Shown: positions 37,731 through 50,231, counted from the stretch's first letter. The stretch is 64,000 nucleotides of DNA from Ginglymostoma cirratum (GCA_024137785.1 JAHRHZ010000099.1:2216494-2280493), one strand, 5' to 3'. Program-made: numbers and translations. Notes: a model not told the origin generated them from the letters alone.

Positions 37731-39994
37731 TAGAAATCTACAGAAATCTTGGTTTTACTTTCTTGTTTGAAGCCAGATCATTCTTAATACAGTGGACATT
37801 TGGAGCCTCAACACTGCAGCAACATGGAGCTTTACTAAAGTTTGATTTTTATTCTGATAGCACAAATTGAGAGAAACTATTTCTCTCATTCAGGTGGCAG
37901 TAACAAGAGATTTCCTTTTAAATTTGTCACTAAGGAAATAAAGATAGATATTAAGATTCATTAATTTGTACAGATAGTAATTGGAGCATGGATTGCTTCA
38001 TCACCACTATATTTCAAGGACAGATTATTGAATCACCAAGTGAAAATGGAATAAATATTGGATTAAAAAGAGATATCATGAATGTGGAAGGAAATTGTCT
38101 CGGGATCAGCTCAGCAGACCTTCTAGCAAAGAACCAATGATGCTGTCAACTTCTACAAAAAGGCAGAAAAATGTCTTTAGCTGAAACGTGAAGAAGAAAT
38201 GAAGATGCAGACTGAAAATGACACATGGGAAATCCAGGATTGAAATCAAGGCGATTTCCTTCAGAAAAGAAATGCGCTTAATAGTCGGAAGAAATAGCAA
38301 GATACGGTTATGAAAGCTCTGGAATCATTCAAAGCCAATTGAATTAGGACAAGAAAGTGATTCTGGAGTATTAATGAATGAAAGAATTAAAACTGTTCAA
38401 AATGAGGATCAGCTCAGAAGAAATAGGTGGAGCCATTCAGCCCCTCAAAGTTGCTCAATCACCTATATTTTTCCATAACACTTGATTCTCCTACTGATCA
38501 AGAATTTATCTATCTCAGCTTTAACTATACAGATGAACTCTGCTACCCCAGTTCTCTGTGGCATAGAGTTCCAAAGACTCACAAACTTCTGAGATATGAA
38601 ATTTCTCTTTTCAGTTTTAAATTAGCGCTCGTTTCTTCCAAGACTTCACCCCAGTTCAAAACTGTCCTATGAATGTAAATATCATCTCAACATTTACCCT
38701 GCCAAACCCCTTCATAACTTCCATCAGCAACTAGTGAGTAAATCTCCAGATACAGTGTAGAGATGGTTAAAATATCATTTCATTTTTCTGAAAACCAAAC
38801 TGTTCCTTAGACTACATTTGAAAACTCAAACTCTTTATTGCTAAAATTATGATGGTAATTATAAATCATGTGGTAATACAGAACTTGAGGATTTTTGAAA
38901 AAAAAACTTCGTAAAAGCTTTACATCTTGCACTTATCATGACAATTTGCAAGCAGGTATGATATCAGGTATATTGGCCATAAATTCCAATGAATAGTGGA
39001 TGGTATAAAATGACAGAGCCCCTCAACTATTTGCAACAAGTAAGGTACTGAAAATATCCAACCAACCCACGCTTGCAAATCCTACATTGCAAATGTAATG
39101 TTAGATGTGATGTTGCAACTGGACAATACTTGCTGAATAATCCCAAGTGTGTGAAGAATTTCAGAGCAACTGGTTTTGAATTATTGACTGGGCCTGGTAC
39201 TTACTTGTACCAGAGGTTACATATCTTAACAAACAATGCCCTGTTGCTTGCAGGCACAGGGAACATCTACATGCACTGCTCCTGTTTCAACTGAACAGAG
39301 TGGTTGATCATGATTCACTGGTTGATTTCTCAGGGTGATGCCTTAAACAAGCAGAACCAACCTACTTCGTATAACATTTAAAAATGCTCTGACAGTTAAC
39401 TGCCAATCATCATTATCTGGTGCATTTTCTCTGGTAGCTTCTCTACCAGAGTGTCCCTTTCCCAGTAATGCACAATAAATATATTTATGCAAGAAACTAA
39501 CATTAAGAAATCAAAAATAGTCGCACTTTAGTTAAACCATAACTATTAATCAAGGGGAAAATGAATGCCTATAAGACTTCAAGAAACTTATTTTCCAGGC
39601 AAGGAGCCAGAAACAAAGCTTTGACTAATGAAGATCACATCTCTGGAATTAATCAAAAGCTAGTTGGAGGCTGTGATGGTGGGACAGTTGAACTGCAACA
39701 TGACGATGGATTTGAATTAGAAGAAAAAGTGGTTATGTTTAATTTGGAAGAATGAGTTGAAGTAGAAAAAATTAAGACTGCTTGGATATTTTCCCCAGAA
39801 ATCAAAAACAGAGGTATGTCGTGGAAGGAGAGACAAATGAGAAAATGGGAAAAAAGATGCAAATATGTATATCAGGAAATAATTAGAAATAGAGGTTAGT
39901 ATAATGGATATTTATTGATTTTTGTTTGGTGGAGACAGTATAGTAACATCACTTGCTGAACAATTCAGAGGCCCACACTAATGCAATCAACTCG

Positions 39995-40087
39995 AAACAA
40001 AAATTGCTGAGAAACTCAGCAGGTCTGGCAGCATCAGGGGTGAGAAAACGCAATCAATACTTAAGGTCCATTGACCCTTCTTCAGAA
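39995..40087 (-). mobile_element. Penelope terminus (family B), degenerate
   Basis: AAATTGCTGAGAAACTCAGCAGGTCTGGCAGCATC...TGACCCTTCTTCAGAA. Confidence 0.7.
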
Positions 40088-40406
40088 AAAAATGCTGTGG
40101 GACTATGGATTCAAATCTCATTTTAGCGATATGGAATTTAGACGTAAACAATAGATTTTCAGTGTGAAGATGACATTGTGAGCAATAGTCATGAAACTAT
40201 GAAAGTGTTGTGAGAACCCTTTGGGTTCACTCATGTCCCTTTGAGAAGAAGATCCCCTGTGTATACCTGATCTAGCCTGCATGTGACTCCAGTGCCATAG
40301 CAACAGGGTTGACCCTGAAATGGCCAGAGCAAGCCACGCTATTTGAGGACACGATGTGATCGAAATAACTATTCTATTTAAAAGAAAACACATCGCTATT
40401 TTCAAA

Positions 40407-40826
40407 ATCTCCCCTCCCCCTACGGTATCCCAAAACCAGCCCAGCTCGTCCCCGCCTCTCTAACCTGTCTTTCCTCCCACCTATCCCCTCCTCCCACCTC
40501 AAGCCCCACCCCCATCTCCTACCTACTAACCTCATCCCGCCCCCTTGACCTGTCCGTCCTCCCTGGACTGACCTATCTCCTCCCTAACTCGCCATCTACA
40601 CTCACCTTTACTGGCTCCATCCCCGCCTCTTTGACCAGTCTGTCTCCTCTCCACCTATCTTCTCCTCTACCCATCTTCTATCCGCCTCCCCCTCTCTCCC
40701 TATTTATTTCAGAACCCCCTTCCCATCCCCCATTTCTGAAGAAGTCTGGGCCCGAAACATCAGCCTTCCTGCTCCTCTGATGCTGCTTGGCCTGCTGTGT
40801 TCATCCAGCTCTACACCTTGTTATCT
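40407..40826 (+). mobile_element. Penelope family A 3' region (C/T-rich tract plus terminus)
   Basis: A ~330-bp pyrimidine-rich tract runs into CTGAAGAAG..GGGCCCGAAACATC and the family A end ...CACCTTGTTATCT. This links the short elements to a longer parent. Confidence 0.78.
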
Positions 40827-41170
40827 AACATCGATATCCTAGTCTTGGGTTTAGCAGATTTAAGTTCATGTTGACAATGCAAATTTTAAAAGTATTGTGA
40901 ATAGTGACAACGTGATGGAGGAGTTGGCACGTGGCAGATCCAATTTAATTCAGAAAGTAATGCAGTTGTAGATCTTGGTAGGAAAACGAGGCGTGAATGT
41001 ATTGAAAAAAGCGTGTACAATATATTTCTACAGAAAGACAGGGTCCTGGGGGCAGACGTGCGCAAATACTTGAAGGCGGTAGGGCAGGCTGAGAACATAG
41101 TTAAAACTCAATACAGTTCCTGGGCTTTATAAATAGTCCGAAAGTATAAAACCGAGGAGTTAATAGTGTA

Positions 41171-41741
41171 GAGAGATAAAAGGTACTGCAGATGCTGGAG
41201 AATCCGAGATAACAAGCATGGGGCTGGATGAACACAGCAGGTCAAGCAGCATCATAGGAGCAGGCTCCTNNNNNNNNNNNNNNNNNNNNNNNNNNNNNNN
41301 NNNNNNNNNNNNNNNNNNNNNNNNNNNNNNNNNNNNNNNNNNNNNNNNNNNNNNNNNNNNNNNNNNNNNNNNNNNNNNNNNNNNNNNNNNNNNNNNNNNN
41401 NNNNNNNNNNNNNNNNNNNNNNNNNNNNNNNNNNNNNNNNNNNNNNNNNNNNNNNNNNNNNNNNNNNNNNNNNNNNNNNNNNNNNNNNNNNNNNNNNNNN
41501 NNNNNNNNNNNNNNNNNNNNNNNNNNNNNNNNNNNNNNNNNNNNNNNNNNNNNNNNNNNNNNNNNNNNNNNNNNNNNNNNNNNNNNNNNNNNNNNNNNNN
41601 NNNNNNNNNNNNNNNNNNNNNNNNNNNNNNNNNNNNNNNNNNNNNNNNNNNNNNNNNNNNNNNNNNNNNCATCATAGGAGCCTGCTCCTATGATGCTGCT
41701 TGACCTGCTGTGTTCATCCAGCCCCATGCTTGTTATCTCGG
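41171..41741. mobile_element. Young palindromic family A insertion spanning the assembly gap
   Basis: Perfect inverted arms on either side of the gap. 12-bp TSD GTTAATAGTGTA at 41159-41170 and 41742-41753. It sits inside a degenerate CR1 fragment. Confidence 0.85.
41270..41669. other. Assembly gap (400 N)
   Basis: Run of N. Confidence 1.
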
Positions 41742-42432
41742 GTTAATAGTGTAACTTCACAAAGTACTGGTCTGACCTTAACTGTTTATTGCCTTCAATT
41801 ATGAGTCACACGTTGGAGCGTGGTTGTGGAATCTCTGGACGTGATTCAGAAAAGAGTTTTGAGAATTGGTGTTGCGATAGGAGACTTCAGTTCCTGGATA
41901 GATTGGAGAAGGCGGGTTTATTCGCCTCAGAGAGGCGAAGACAGAGAGCAGATTTGGTGAAGGAGCTTGTCTAGAGGCCCCGCTACTTCTGGATTTGACA
42001 TTCACAACTCTTTAGCAATGAATAAACAGTTCTACAAGAGTCCCTTTTCAACATTCCAGTTGTACTAAATCCAAACAGGACAAACTAGTCAATAAGCACC
42101 AAGATAATCGAATTGCTGCACTCTCGGTGCCCGGGAATTGAGGCAGTTTGAGACCCACAATTTTTAAAATGAAGCAGTGGAGAGAGATAGGGCTGGAGAT
42201 ACACAAATAAAAACTAAACTTGTGAATTCTCAAGTGGCAGCGCAACAAAAAAGAAACAACTTGCCAGAATGATAATATGAAGGGTCTAGATTTCTAACTA
42301 CTAATTTTCATGCCTTTTATCATATCATTAACGCAGTGCTGCTTAATGCAAAGTACGGTGTAAACTGACATCGAGCCATTTGCTGATGCGAGTGGTTTAC
42401 GTGTATTTTTTGTAAATACCTGTGCTGGCAGG

Positions 42433-42680
42433 AATAAGAACAGAAAATGCTGGAGAAGCTCAGCAGGTCTGGCAGCATCTGTATGGAGAAACACAACCAA
42501 TGTCTCCAGTCCAACGAGACTCTCCAGAACTCAGAAGAATAATCTTTTGAGGAAGGAACATCTTGAAATCGAAACTTTAACTGTTTTTTCCTCCGCAGAT
42601 ACCGCCAGACCTGTTGAGTTTCTCCAGCAGTTTCTGTTTAGTATTTCAGACCTCCAACATCGACGGCGGGTTGCTTTCGT
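42433..42680. mobile_element. Older palindromic Penelope-terminus insertion (family B)
   Basis: AACAGAAAATGCTGGAGAAGCTCAGCAGGTCTGGC arm opposed to a GCCAGACCTGTTGAGTTTCTCCAGCAGTTTCTGTT arm. Confidence 0.75.
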
Positions 42681-42929
42681 TACATTGTCTAACCCCGTGC
42701 GACCAGCCGCATCCATCAAGAAGCTAATTTGCCCTCGATTAGACTTGTTTAGAATGCAAGCTGCGCGGAAATATGGGTAGACTATTTTCTTTCATTTGGT
42801 CAGTTAATTTGTATGATGAGTTCGGAATGCAGCCAAGATTAATAGGACAACAGAATTTGGATGGGCTTGGGGGTGAGTGAATAAAGCCGAAACGGTCTCA
42901 CATCCCATTAAAATGTAGCCCGTACTTTG

Positions 42930-43400
42930 TGGACAAGGTTAAAAGCCGCAGGACACGTTACAGTCCAAAAGGTTTATTTGAAATCTCAAGCTTTCAAATC
43001 GCTGCCCCTTGGTAAGGTGAAGTGAAGAGAGAACCTAAGCACAGAATTTATAATCATAGAGATCAAAAGGCCGTACGAATGGTCTGAGTGGAGTGTCCAA
43101 AGGCCGAATAACAGGGCTCTGCTGGTGATTAAGAGTTTCAGGCGGTGTGAGTGTCAACAGCTGAGTAACAAGTGAAGGAGTGACTATAATCCGATTAATT
43201 GAGGCAGACAGACAATTACAAAACAAAAATAAGGTGGTGCTGGAGACAAACCAAAGTGCTGGAAATAACATACTAGGTAAAAGGGTCACTTGCCGAGGGC
43301 CTGACCAAAGCAACAACTAACCCAAAACTGTACAAATTAATTAAGGTGGAGAGATAATAACAAGTTTCAAGGTGATGGTGTCGAAACAGGATAGTGAGGA
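42930..43400 (-). mobile_element. Probable third Penelope family 3' end
   Basis: Eroded hammerhead-like TCACCT..AAGGGGCAGCGATTTGAAAGCTTG (AGCU tetramer) at ~42985-43020, next to a pyrimidine-rich minus-strand tract. Confidence 0.45.
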
Positions 43401-45035
43401 AGGCTGAGGGCTATTGCACTATAATGGAACACATGGGCGAAGGAAAGCAATTTTGATTTCAACCATAAATAGCAAAAAAAGACATGATTGAGCGTAATTT
43501 TATTACACGATAAAAGTTTCAAGAAGCAATGTTAGAAAAGTAAGTTATCATGTATTACACACGTAGAATATCCGACTTCAATGTAACAACGTGTATATGT
43601 AGAAGCACTAAATATATCTTCGATATTTGCTTGTTCTGAACTTTACGAAAGGCTGACTGCATTGTTTATCTCTAAACAACTTCTGTCCGGGTACTCCACG
43701 TTCTAAAAATGGTTGCAAAAGCTGTAGGACTGCAAGCGAAGCATAAACCTCTCACAAAAGTCAATGGTTTACGACGATATTACTGCTACCCCTATTAAAT
43801 TCCAAATAGTCAGCCTTAGCCCCGAGAACTACAACTTAAAGATGTTTTAATAGAGAATCGCTTAAACAACAACTTATTCAATTCAAAAAACGGATCTTTT
43901 GTCATTATTCGATTTAAAACATTTGGAAATTCGTCATAAATGCAATTTGCAGTGACCCCATTTCCGCGATGGTGTCCTACAACTTATACCTTTCCATTCC
44001 ATCAGTGCAACATCTGTCATGATGAGCAAAATCTTGTGAATGTTACCTCATGACACGTATAAACGAGATCATTTCGTGAAAGGATTACCCTTTGTACCAA
44101 TATCAATTCCTGGAACCTCGGAAGTTTTACAATTCACTTTTGCTGGAAATGTATGAATTGAAGGACCATTTCAACAGTGTAACAGCAAGGGGAAAGAATG
44201 TTAATGAATTAACTGTCCATTTGTGGGATGCGGGCATCGCTGGCTAGGTCAGCATTTACTGTCTATCCCTAAGTGCCCAGAGGGCAGTTAAAAGTCAACC
44301 ACGTTGCTGTGGGTCTGGAGTCACATGCAGGCCAGACCAGGTAAGGATAGCAATTTCCTTCCCTGAGGGACAATCAATAAAGCATTCATGGTCATCGTTA
44401 GACTCGGAACTCCCGACTTTGCTTTAATTAAATTCAAATTCCTCCATTTGCTGAAGGAGGATTTGAAGCGGGTCTCCAGAATGTTATCTGGCTCTCTGGG
44501 TTAACAGTCCACCGATAGCACCACTGGGGCATCGCCTTCCCTGGGGACTTCAGATGAGTGAATTTAATCCATCGGCCATTCTGCAGACAAGGCCTGGGGC
44601 TAGTTGTACTGACTGATTACCCAAAATGGAAACAGTTAGAAATTTATAAATGTACCAATAAAGGATTTTGCACTTCCTACAATAGAAAAAAAGCCCTCAG
44701 CGCCTCACTGCAATTTCTAAGTGCAAAATAAACAGTACTAACGCTGATATATTAATTTATTTGTGAATTAGCAATCAACTTCAACGATTTAAATGACAAA
44801 ATAACTAAATACATGACGCGACTGCAGTTGCTAATCATAAGGGACAATTGATTAAAAATATAACCATTGGTCAAATTTGAGGTTTTACTAAATATGAGCA
44901 TTGAAATATGTTAGCCTTTGGATTTTATTCTAAGTCGTGGCGATAATGCGAAGAGAAACATCTCAGCGGGGAGGAGGGAGAGTGGACAGGTTGAATTCTA
45001 TCGTTTGAATTTCCTGTTTAGAAACATTGTGACTG

Positions 45036-45158
45036 ATGCAATTGGTTACAAGAACCTGGATACTGCTCAGTTGGCCAATCGACACTTTCGGGAGGACAAT
45101 ATATTTGCCTACCTAATAAGCCGGTGACATTTAAGTTGCCCCGGCCTTTGACATAAAA
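45036..45158 (+). promoter_or_regulatory. Putative promoter of gene 2
   Basis: Octamer-like ATGCAATT (45036-45043) and ATTTGCCT (45103-45110), each 7/8. ATTGG at 45041, CCAAT at 45075, and TATA-like CATAAAA at 45152-45158, ~60 nt before the ATG. Confidence 0.45.
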
Positions 45159-45214
45159 GGTTGCATTCACTGAGCTGAAAGATTGTATATTCCTGCTACA
45201 ATAGTGCTGTCACA

Positions 45215-45260
45215 ATGGCCGCTGCTCTTGCTCTGGTCTTGCTTATGTTGGGTCTGACCT
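45215..45260 (+). CDS. Divergent lambda-like Ig light chain, leader exon (gene 2)
   Basis: ACAATGG start context, MAAALALVLLMLGLT + 1 nt, then a GTAAGT donor at 45261. Confidence 0.9.
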
Positions 45261-45431
45261 GTAAGTGTCATCAAAATATGTGTAATTTCTTTAGCATTAT
45301 GAACAATTGTTTTAAAAAAATCAAGCAAGCACCTAATCCGGAGTGTGTCTTGATCTGAACGTAATGTCGTCGTTCTGTGCTCATTTTTATTAGTTGATTA
45401 TTAATCATGAAATGTTTTATCTGTTTTACAG

Positions 45432-45776
45432 ACACAAGCGCGGACGTCCGCTTGGTCCAACCGGCTTCCGAGTCCACAACACCTGGAGAAACTGTTCGCC
45501 TGACCTGTACAGTCCACGGAATCAGCCTTTCAAAAAAGTATGTTTTTTGGTACCAGCAGAAGCGAGACAGTGCCCCAAGATTTATTCTGAAGGGGACCGA
45601 TAAAAGAGGTCAAGGTATCTCGGACAGATTTACCGGCCTGGAAGATGAATCAACCAACGTGGGATATTTGACTATCACTAATGTGCAATCGGAGGATGCT
45701 GGTGACTATTACTGTTATTCAAGTGATGAAGGCGACATAGGCTACTTCGGTAGCGGAACCAGACTGATCGTGCCGG
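45432..45776 (+). CDS. Divergent lambda-like Ig light chain, germline-joined VJ exon (gene 2)
   Basis: TGTTTTACAG acceptor, then (Y)TSADVRLVQPASESTTPGETVRLTC...WYQQK...DYYC-YSSDEGDIGY-FGSGTRLIVP, then a GTAAGT donor at 45777. Open frame, all V hallmarks, no intervening RSS. Confidence 0.93.
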
Positions 45777-47019
45777 GTAAGTGGCTTATTCTTTACGCCT
45801 CTAAGTAACATTTCTTGTTAAGATTCCTAGTTTAAATGCAATGTTTACTTTGTCAATTTCCAACGAAGTTTTTTTTTTGCCCTGAGACTGAATCTGTTTC
45901 TCCTGCTATTAAAACAAACAAATTATGCTTTAGGGTCATTCCCAAGAAAATAATAATTCTATGTAAAAAGAGTAACAAAGCTAGTGGACGGTTCACATGT
46001 TCGAGAGAAACAACTGGTGCAGGTTGAACCTGAGGGGAAAAGTTAAAAGCTGGGACTTTCATGGTAACCTCAACTGGTCCAAAATTTGAACCCGCGCTGA
46101 GCAGCTATCCAGCCAACTGAACTAACCGACACCCTCATATACAAGTTAAGCAATGGCTCGTAACTAAGTGTAAACTAACCTTTCAATCGAGTTTCAAGCC
46201 TCTTCCAATCCTCACGTATCCCGATCAACCGCCCGGCTCATTCAGAGGACAAAAGACCACAGATTGGGATAATTTTGCAGGCGGAAGTCGGGAACAGTTT
46301 CGGGTCCCAAGCCCACCTCATACTTGCTGGCTTAACGTTACGGGAAGCGGATGCTTAGTTAGCACCCCCCCCCCCTCCAGCCCCCTGGATTCACCGGCCA
46401 TTTGGGGTCCGTGTGGGGAGGGATGGTGGCAGCCTCAGTGGGGAGAGGTGAGAGCTGTGAGGCAGATAGAGAGCTATATCTTGAAGCGATTCCCCACAAA
46501 GCTTCATGCAGTCTGCCTCAAGTTGTTTGGAACACATAGGAGAGAGGGGTATGCTTGCCCCTGGTAAAGAAATAGCACCGTAGTGCCGAATGGGGATTAA
46601 TGCGCCCCTCAATTCTACCCCACTGCCCGAGCGGGTCGCCACTAACACCGGGGATCCGTCCGGGAAAAGTCCCCGTTGATGGGAACCAATCGGGAGACCC
46701 AACCCACACGTTATATTCCAAAATTCTCCGCGTCACCCCTCCGACTCCAACACTACATCCATGGGTTAGTGAAATTTGGCTGATCTCTGCTCAAACCTTG
46801 CGGAACATGAAGGGAAACTATGTAGAAACAGGGTCGACGTTTTTTTTTCCCACACCATCGCTGTAAATCGTAAAGAGCCTCGGGGTGATTTTTTGGCAAT
46901 GTTTCATATCGGCAGGTAGAATTAGACTACCCACAGAGCCCCAGACAAATCCCGGAAGTAACGTGTCCCCGGAACAGCGCCAAGACTAATCTTGTTCCAA
47001 TTTCAACAAAATATTATCC

Positions 47020-48030
47020 CACGTATTGTCTGAATTGAAATAGGATTAAACTGTGTCTGTTATCAGGGTCTTTTACTAACACCAAGTAATCAGGCAGGGA
47101 TAAGAAGGGCGTGTCAAGGCGAAACCCATGGACTAAAAGGAACAGCGTGACTAGGGACTGGGCTGAACGAAAGAATACTGAGTCGTGGTAAATGGTTACT
47201 TTCTTGGCCGCAGAAACGTGTACAGTGCAGTCCCTCTGTGATTACTGCTTACTGATCTATAGGAATAAATTAGACTTTGGTATAGTGGGTACATTTGCAA
47301 CGTCAGGGATGAAAAAATCTTGGGAGTGCTGTGAGCTGTGAGGAAGATGATGAATTTCAAGACTGACTAGTCTGATGACATTGAATGGAGGGAGGTGTGA
47401 ATCGTTACATGGTGTAAGGGAGAATAAGGCAAAGTAATATGAAGCAACGAACGTGATTGTACAGAGCATAGGAATACAGAGAGGCACGGGGATTTGAGGG
47501 CACAAGATGAGATCTTTAAACACAGGGAAGGTTGAGCATCTTTTTTACATTAAAAAAGAGATTTCGGAATCCTGGTCTTGAAAATAGACGAACGGATTAC
47601 AAAAGCAACGAATTTATCGTGAACTTTCATAAAACACTGAATTGGCTACATCAGGTGCTTTCGACCCAACTTGGCAGGGATTGCAAGGGTTTTAATGGGT
47701 GATACGAAAAGGTAACGTATATAAAAATGGCTCCACAGTTCAGTGAGGCGGTTTCATTGAAGAAGCAGGGAGTGTTCTCTCTAAAGAAGATGAGGAGCCG
47801 ACAAGATTTGATAGGGACGTCCATAATCATGGGATGTCTAGGCAGAGTTCCTGGGGAGAAATCGTTCCCATTGCTGGAATGATGGCAAACCAAAGGACTC
47901 GAATTTAAGGTGAAAGGCAAACGAACCAAAGGTGGCACGAGGAGAAACATTTTAGATGTGGTGTGTTCAAGGACTGGAATGTACTTCCTAAGACTGTGGG
48001 GATGGCAGATTCAATTCTGATTTCCAAATA
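47020..48030 (+). mobile_element. Degenerate CR1 fragment in the gene 2 J-C intron
   Basis: Eroded RT C-terminal and 3' motifs (GAATTTAAGGTGA, GGAGAAACATTTT, TGGAATGTACTTCCT). Confidence 0.6.
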
Positions 48031-49500
48031 ACTCTCCCAGGGACTTGCCCGATCTCCCTCTCTTATTTGGGTCTAAATGTGGGTCTTGGATTTGGCTATT
48101 CTCCGGGAAATCGGGTCTCTCAGCGGAATTTGGCATTAAAGGCTGTTTGGAATGGATACGGTGATCCCGGTAACATGTTTTGTTGATAAAAGATATATCG
48201 GTCAGCGTAGTTTGGAATCTACTGAGTCAACGACGTTATGCTGGGGAATGTTAATAATAGAAAAGCCGTACTCTGTTTTACAGATAACCTAAATAATTTT
48301 AAAACGTTTTTGCTACAGTTACAGGGGAAGGAATGTAAAGGTGTTTGGAAATTTTCCGGTGAGCCTCCTAGAGGAAGGGTTAACCATATACAACTGATGG
48401 TCCCCCCTAGATAATTCTGTCCAACTTTGTTCAGACATGTAGGCAGAAACCTACATAGATGTAAATAAAATTAAACTGAGCGATGCCTCGGACACCCAAT
48501 CTATAACATAACTAAAACAATTTAAAAGTCCTCGTGAAGGACTAATCAACGTTGGTAATATTTGGTGGTATTTGATCAAAGGCCGAATTGGTGCAACCTG
48601 TTGCAGATACCTTTGTGTGTTTATACACCCCTGGAACAGGTAGGATTTGAACGCAGGCTCAGAGGTTGGGACACTACCACTGCTTCACAGAGCTCTAATG
48701 CAATTTGCCGACACTTGTGAATATCCAGAAACCAAGTGTCATGTAATTCGGAGTTGACTTGTGGTTACATCAAGTCCTGAAGCATTATTGTTCAATTATT
48801 CTCAAAACTAATTAATGATTTCAAATATCAGCAAACCAACAGAAAGTACGTCTATAAAGTAAATTACAGTTGAAATAAATACCACAGCCATGAACAAATA
48901 TTTAGCTTCATATCAAGTCAGACTGACCGGACTAAGGGTGTGTCAAATGTACAATGTTTGGGGATACTTGTCTTTGCTTGATGTCAGTGGGAGTCTGCAC
49001 ACATTGCTAACGCTAAGCAATTTGAAATAGAAGCCAGTCTCTGTCACGTGCAGTCAGATTTGAAATAACATCCCTGTGGTATAGAGGAATTTTCTGCTTG
49101 AAGTTGTCCACAGAAATACATGAGGAATGCTCGTCAGGAAATAGTCCGATGGTAAGTATTCGCGCTCCGAATGTGCATCATGTTTGGAAAGAATGCAGAG
49201 GTAAAGTTTCGTGTCCGGTGACTCTTGTTCGGTTCTGCCGGACCTGCTGAGTTTTCCCAGCAATTTATGTTTTTGTTTGTGAATAAAAAAAGACATTGCG
49301 CCGTGTTGTATTCTCTTCTTACCAGCATGCCGAGTGATCGTTTTTGCTCCTTGCCAAACTGGATGTTTTCTAAATCAGCATGTTCACAGATGTAATTGCA
49401 CGCTACCCGCGTGATTGAGACTTAAACCCGCGGCCTTTAGCTTCAAGGAATAGGGATACTGCTACTGCATCACAAGAGCCACAACTTAAAACAGATTTGA

Positions 49501-49574
49501 TGTTTTTGACCTGATTTCGAACCGGGCTCCTTTCGCCTGTTACGCGAATGTCATAACGACAACTTTACTGGAAC
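49501..49574 (-). pseudogene. tRNA-Val(AAC) pseudogene
   Basis: GTTCCAGTAAAGTTGTCGTTATGACATTCGCGT-AAC-AGGCGAAAGGAGCCCGGTTCGAAATCAGGTCAAAAACA is colinear with vertebrate tRNA-Val. The anticodon stem is intact; the acceptor and T stems are broken. Confidence 0.75.
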
Positions 49575-50231
49575 ATAAGAGTGTGAAGCTACCGTGATTT
49601 GAAAACGCAGCCTACGATTGCGCCACAGGCTCTCCCCTCCTTACCAATATGTGGATTTTGAGAACTAGTTCCTTGAAATGATCAGAAACTTTTTTTTAAC
49701 CCAAGTCAATGTATCTGCGCCACGAGAGCAATTTGCAGACTCTCCAGCCTTCTCCAGCAAGAATTTAAATGACGGAATATTTCTTTTTCCGTTTGCAGTT
49801 TAATAAAATTCTGCTTTGTACGTTTACCTTGCACGTGCTGTCGGGTATATTTGCATCCAAGTGAAATTTCATAGAAGTATAAACCCATGGCAGGTACAGG
49901 TCTCTCTGCAGTTCAGAATCAGACACATTAATTGTTTAAATATGAGGGTTTGACAGTTTATAACTCTGATGCACCACTGTGCTTTAGTGAACTCAAAGCA
50001 GTGTTTAACCTTTCGCTTCTAGGTCGTCAGCCAGCCAAGCCCAAAGTGTCGCTCCTTCCCCCCAGCACAGAGCAGATTGCAGGAGCCAACGAGGCGACGC
50101 TGATGTGTGTGGTCACTCATTTTTACCCGGAGTCGGTGACGCTGGTGTGGAGTGTGGACGGCAAAGTCAGACAGACCGGCGTCCAGACAACCTCAACCAT
50201 ACAGGACTCTGACCAGACATACAGCTTAAGC

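Noticed and set aside
41160-41727. Three 161-171 aa ORFs
   Set aside because: They are translations through the N gap.
46200-46990. GC-rich block in the gene 2 J-C intron with several short ORFs
   Set aside because: No domain, terminal repeats or splice pattern that I can support. It is probably an unclassified repeat.
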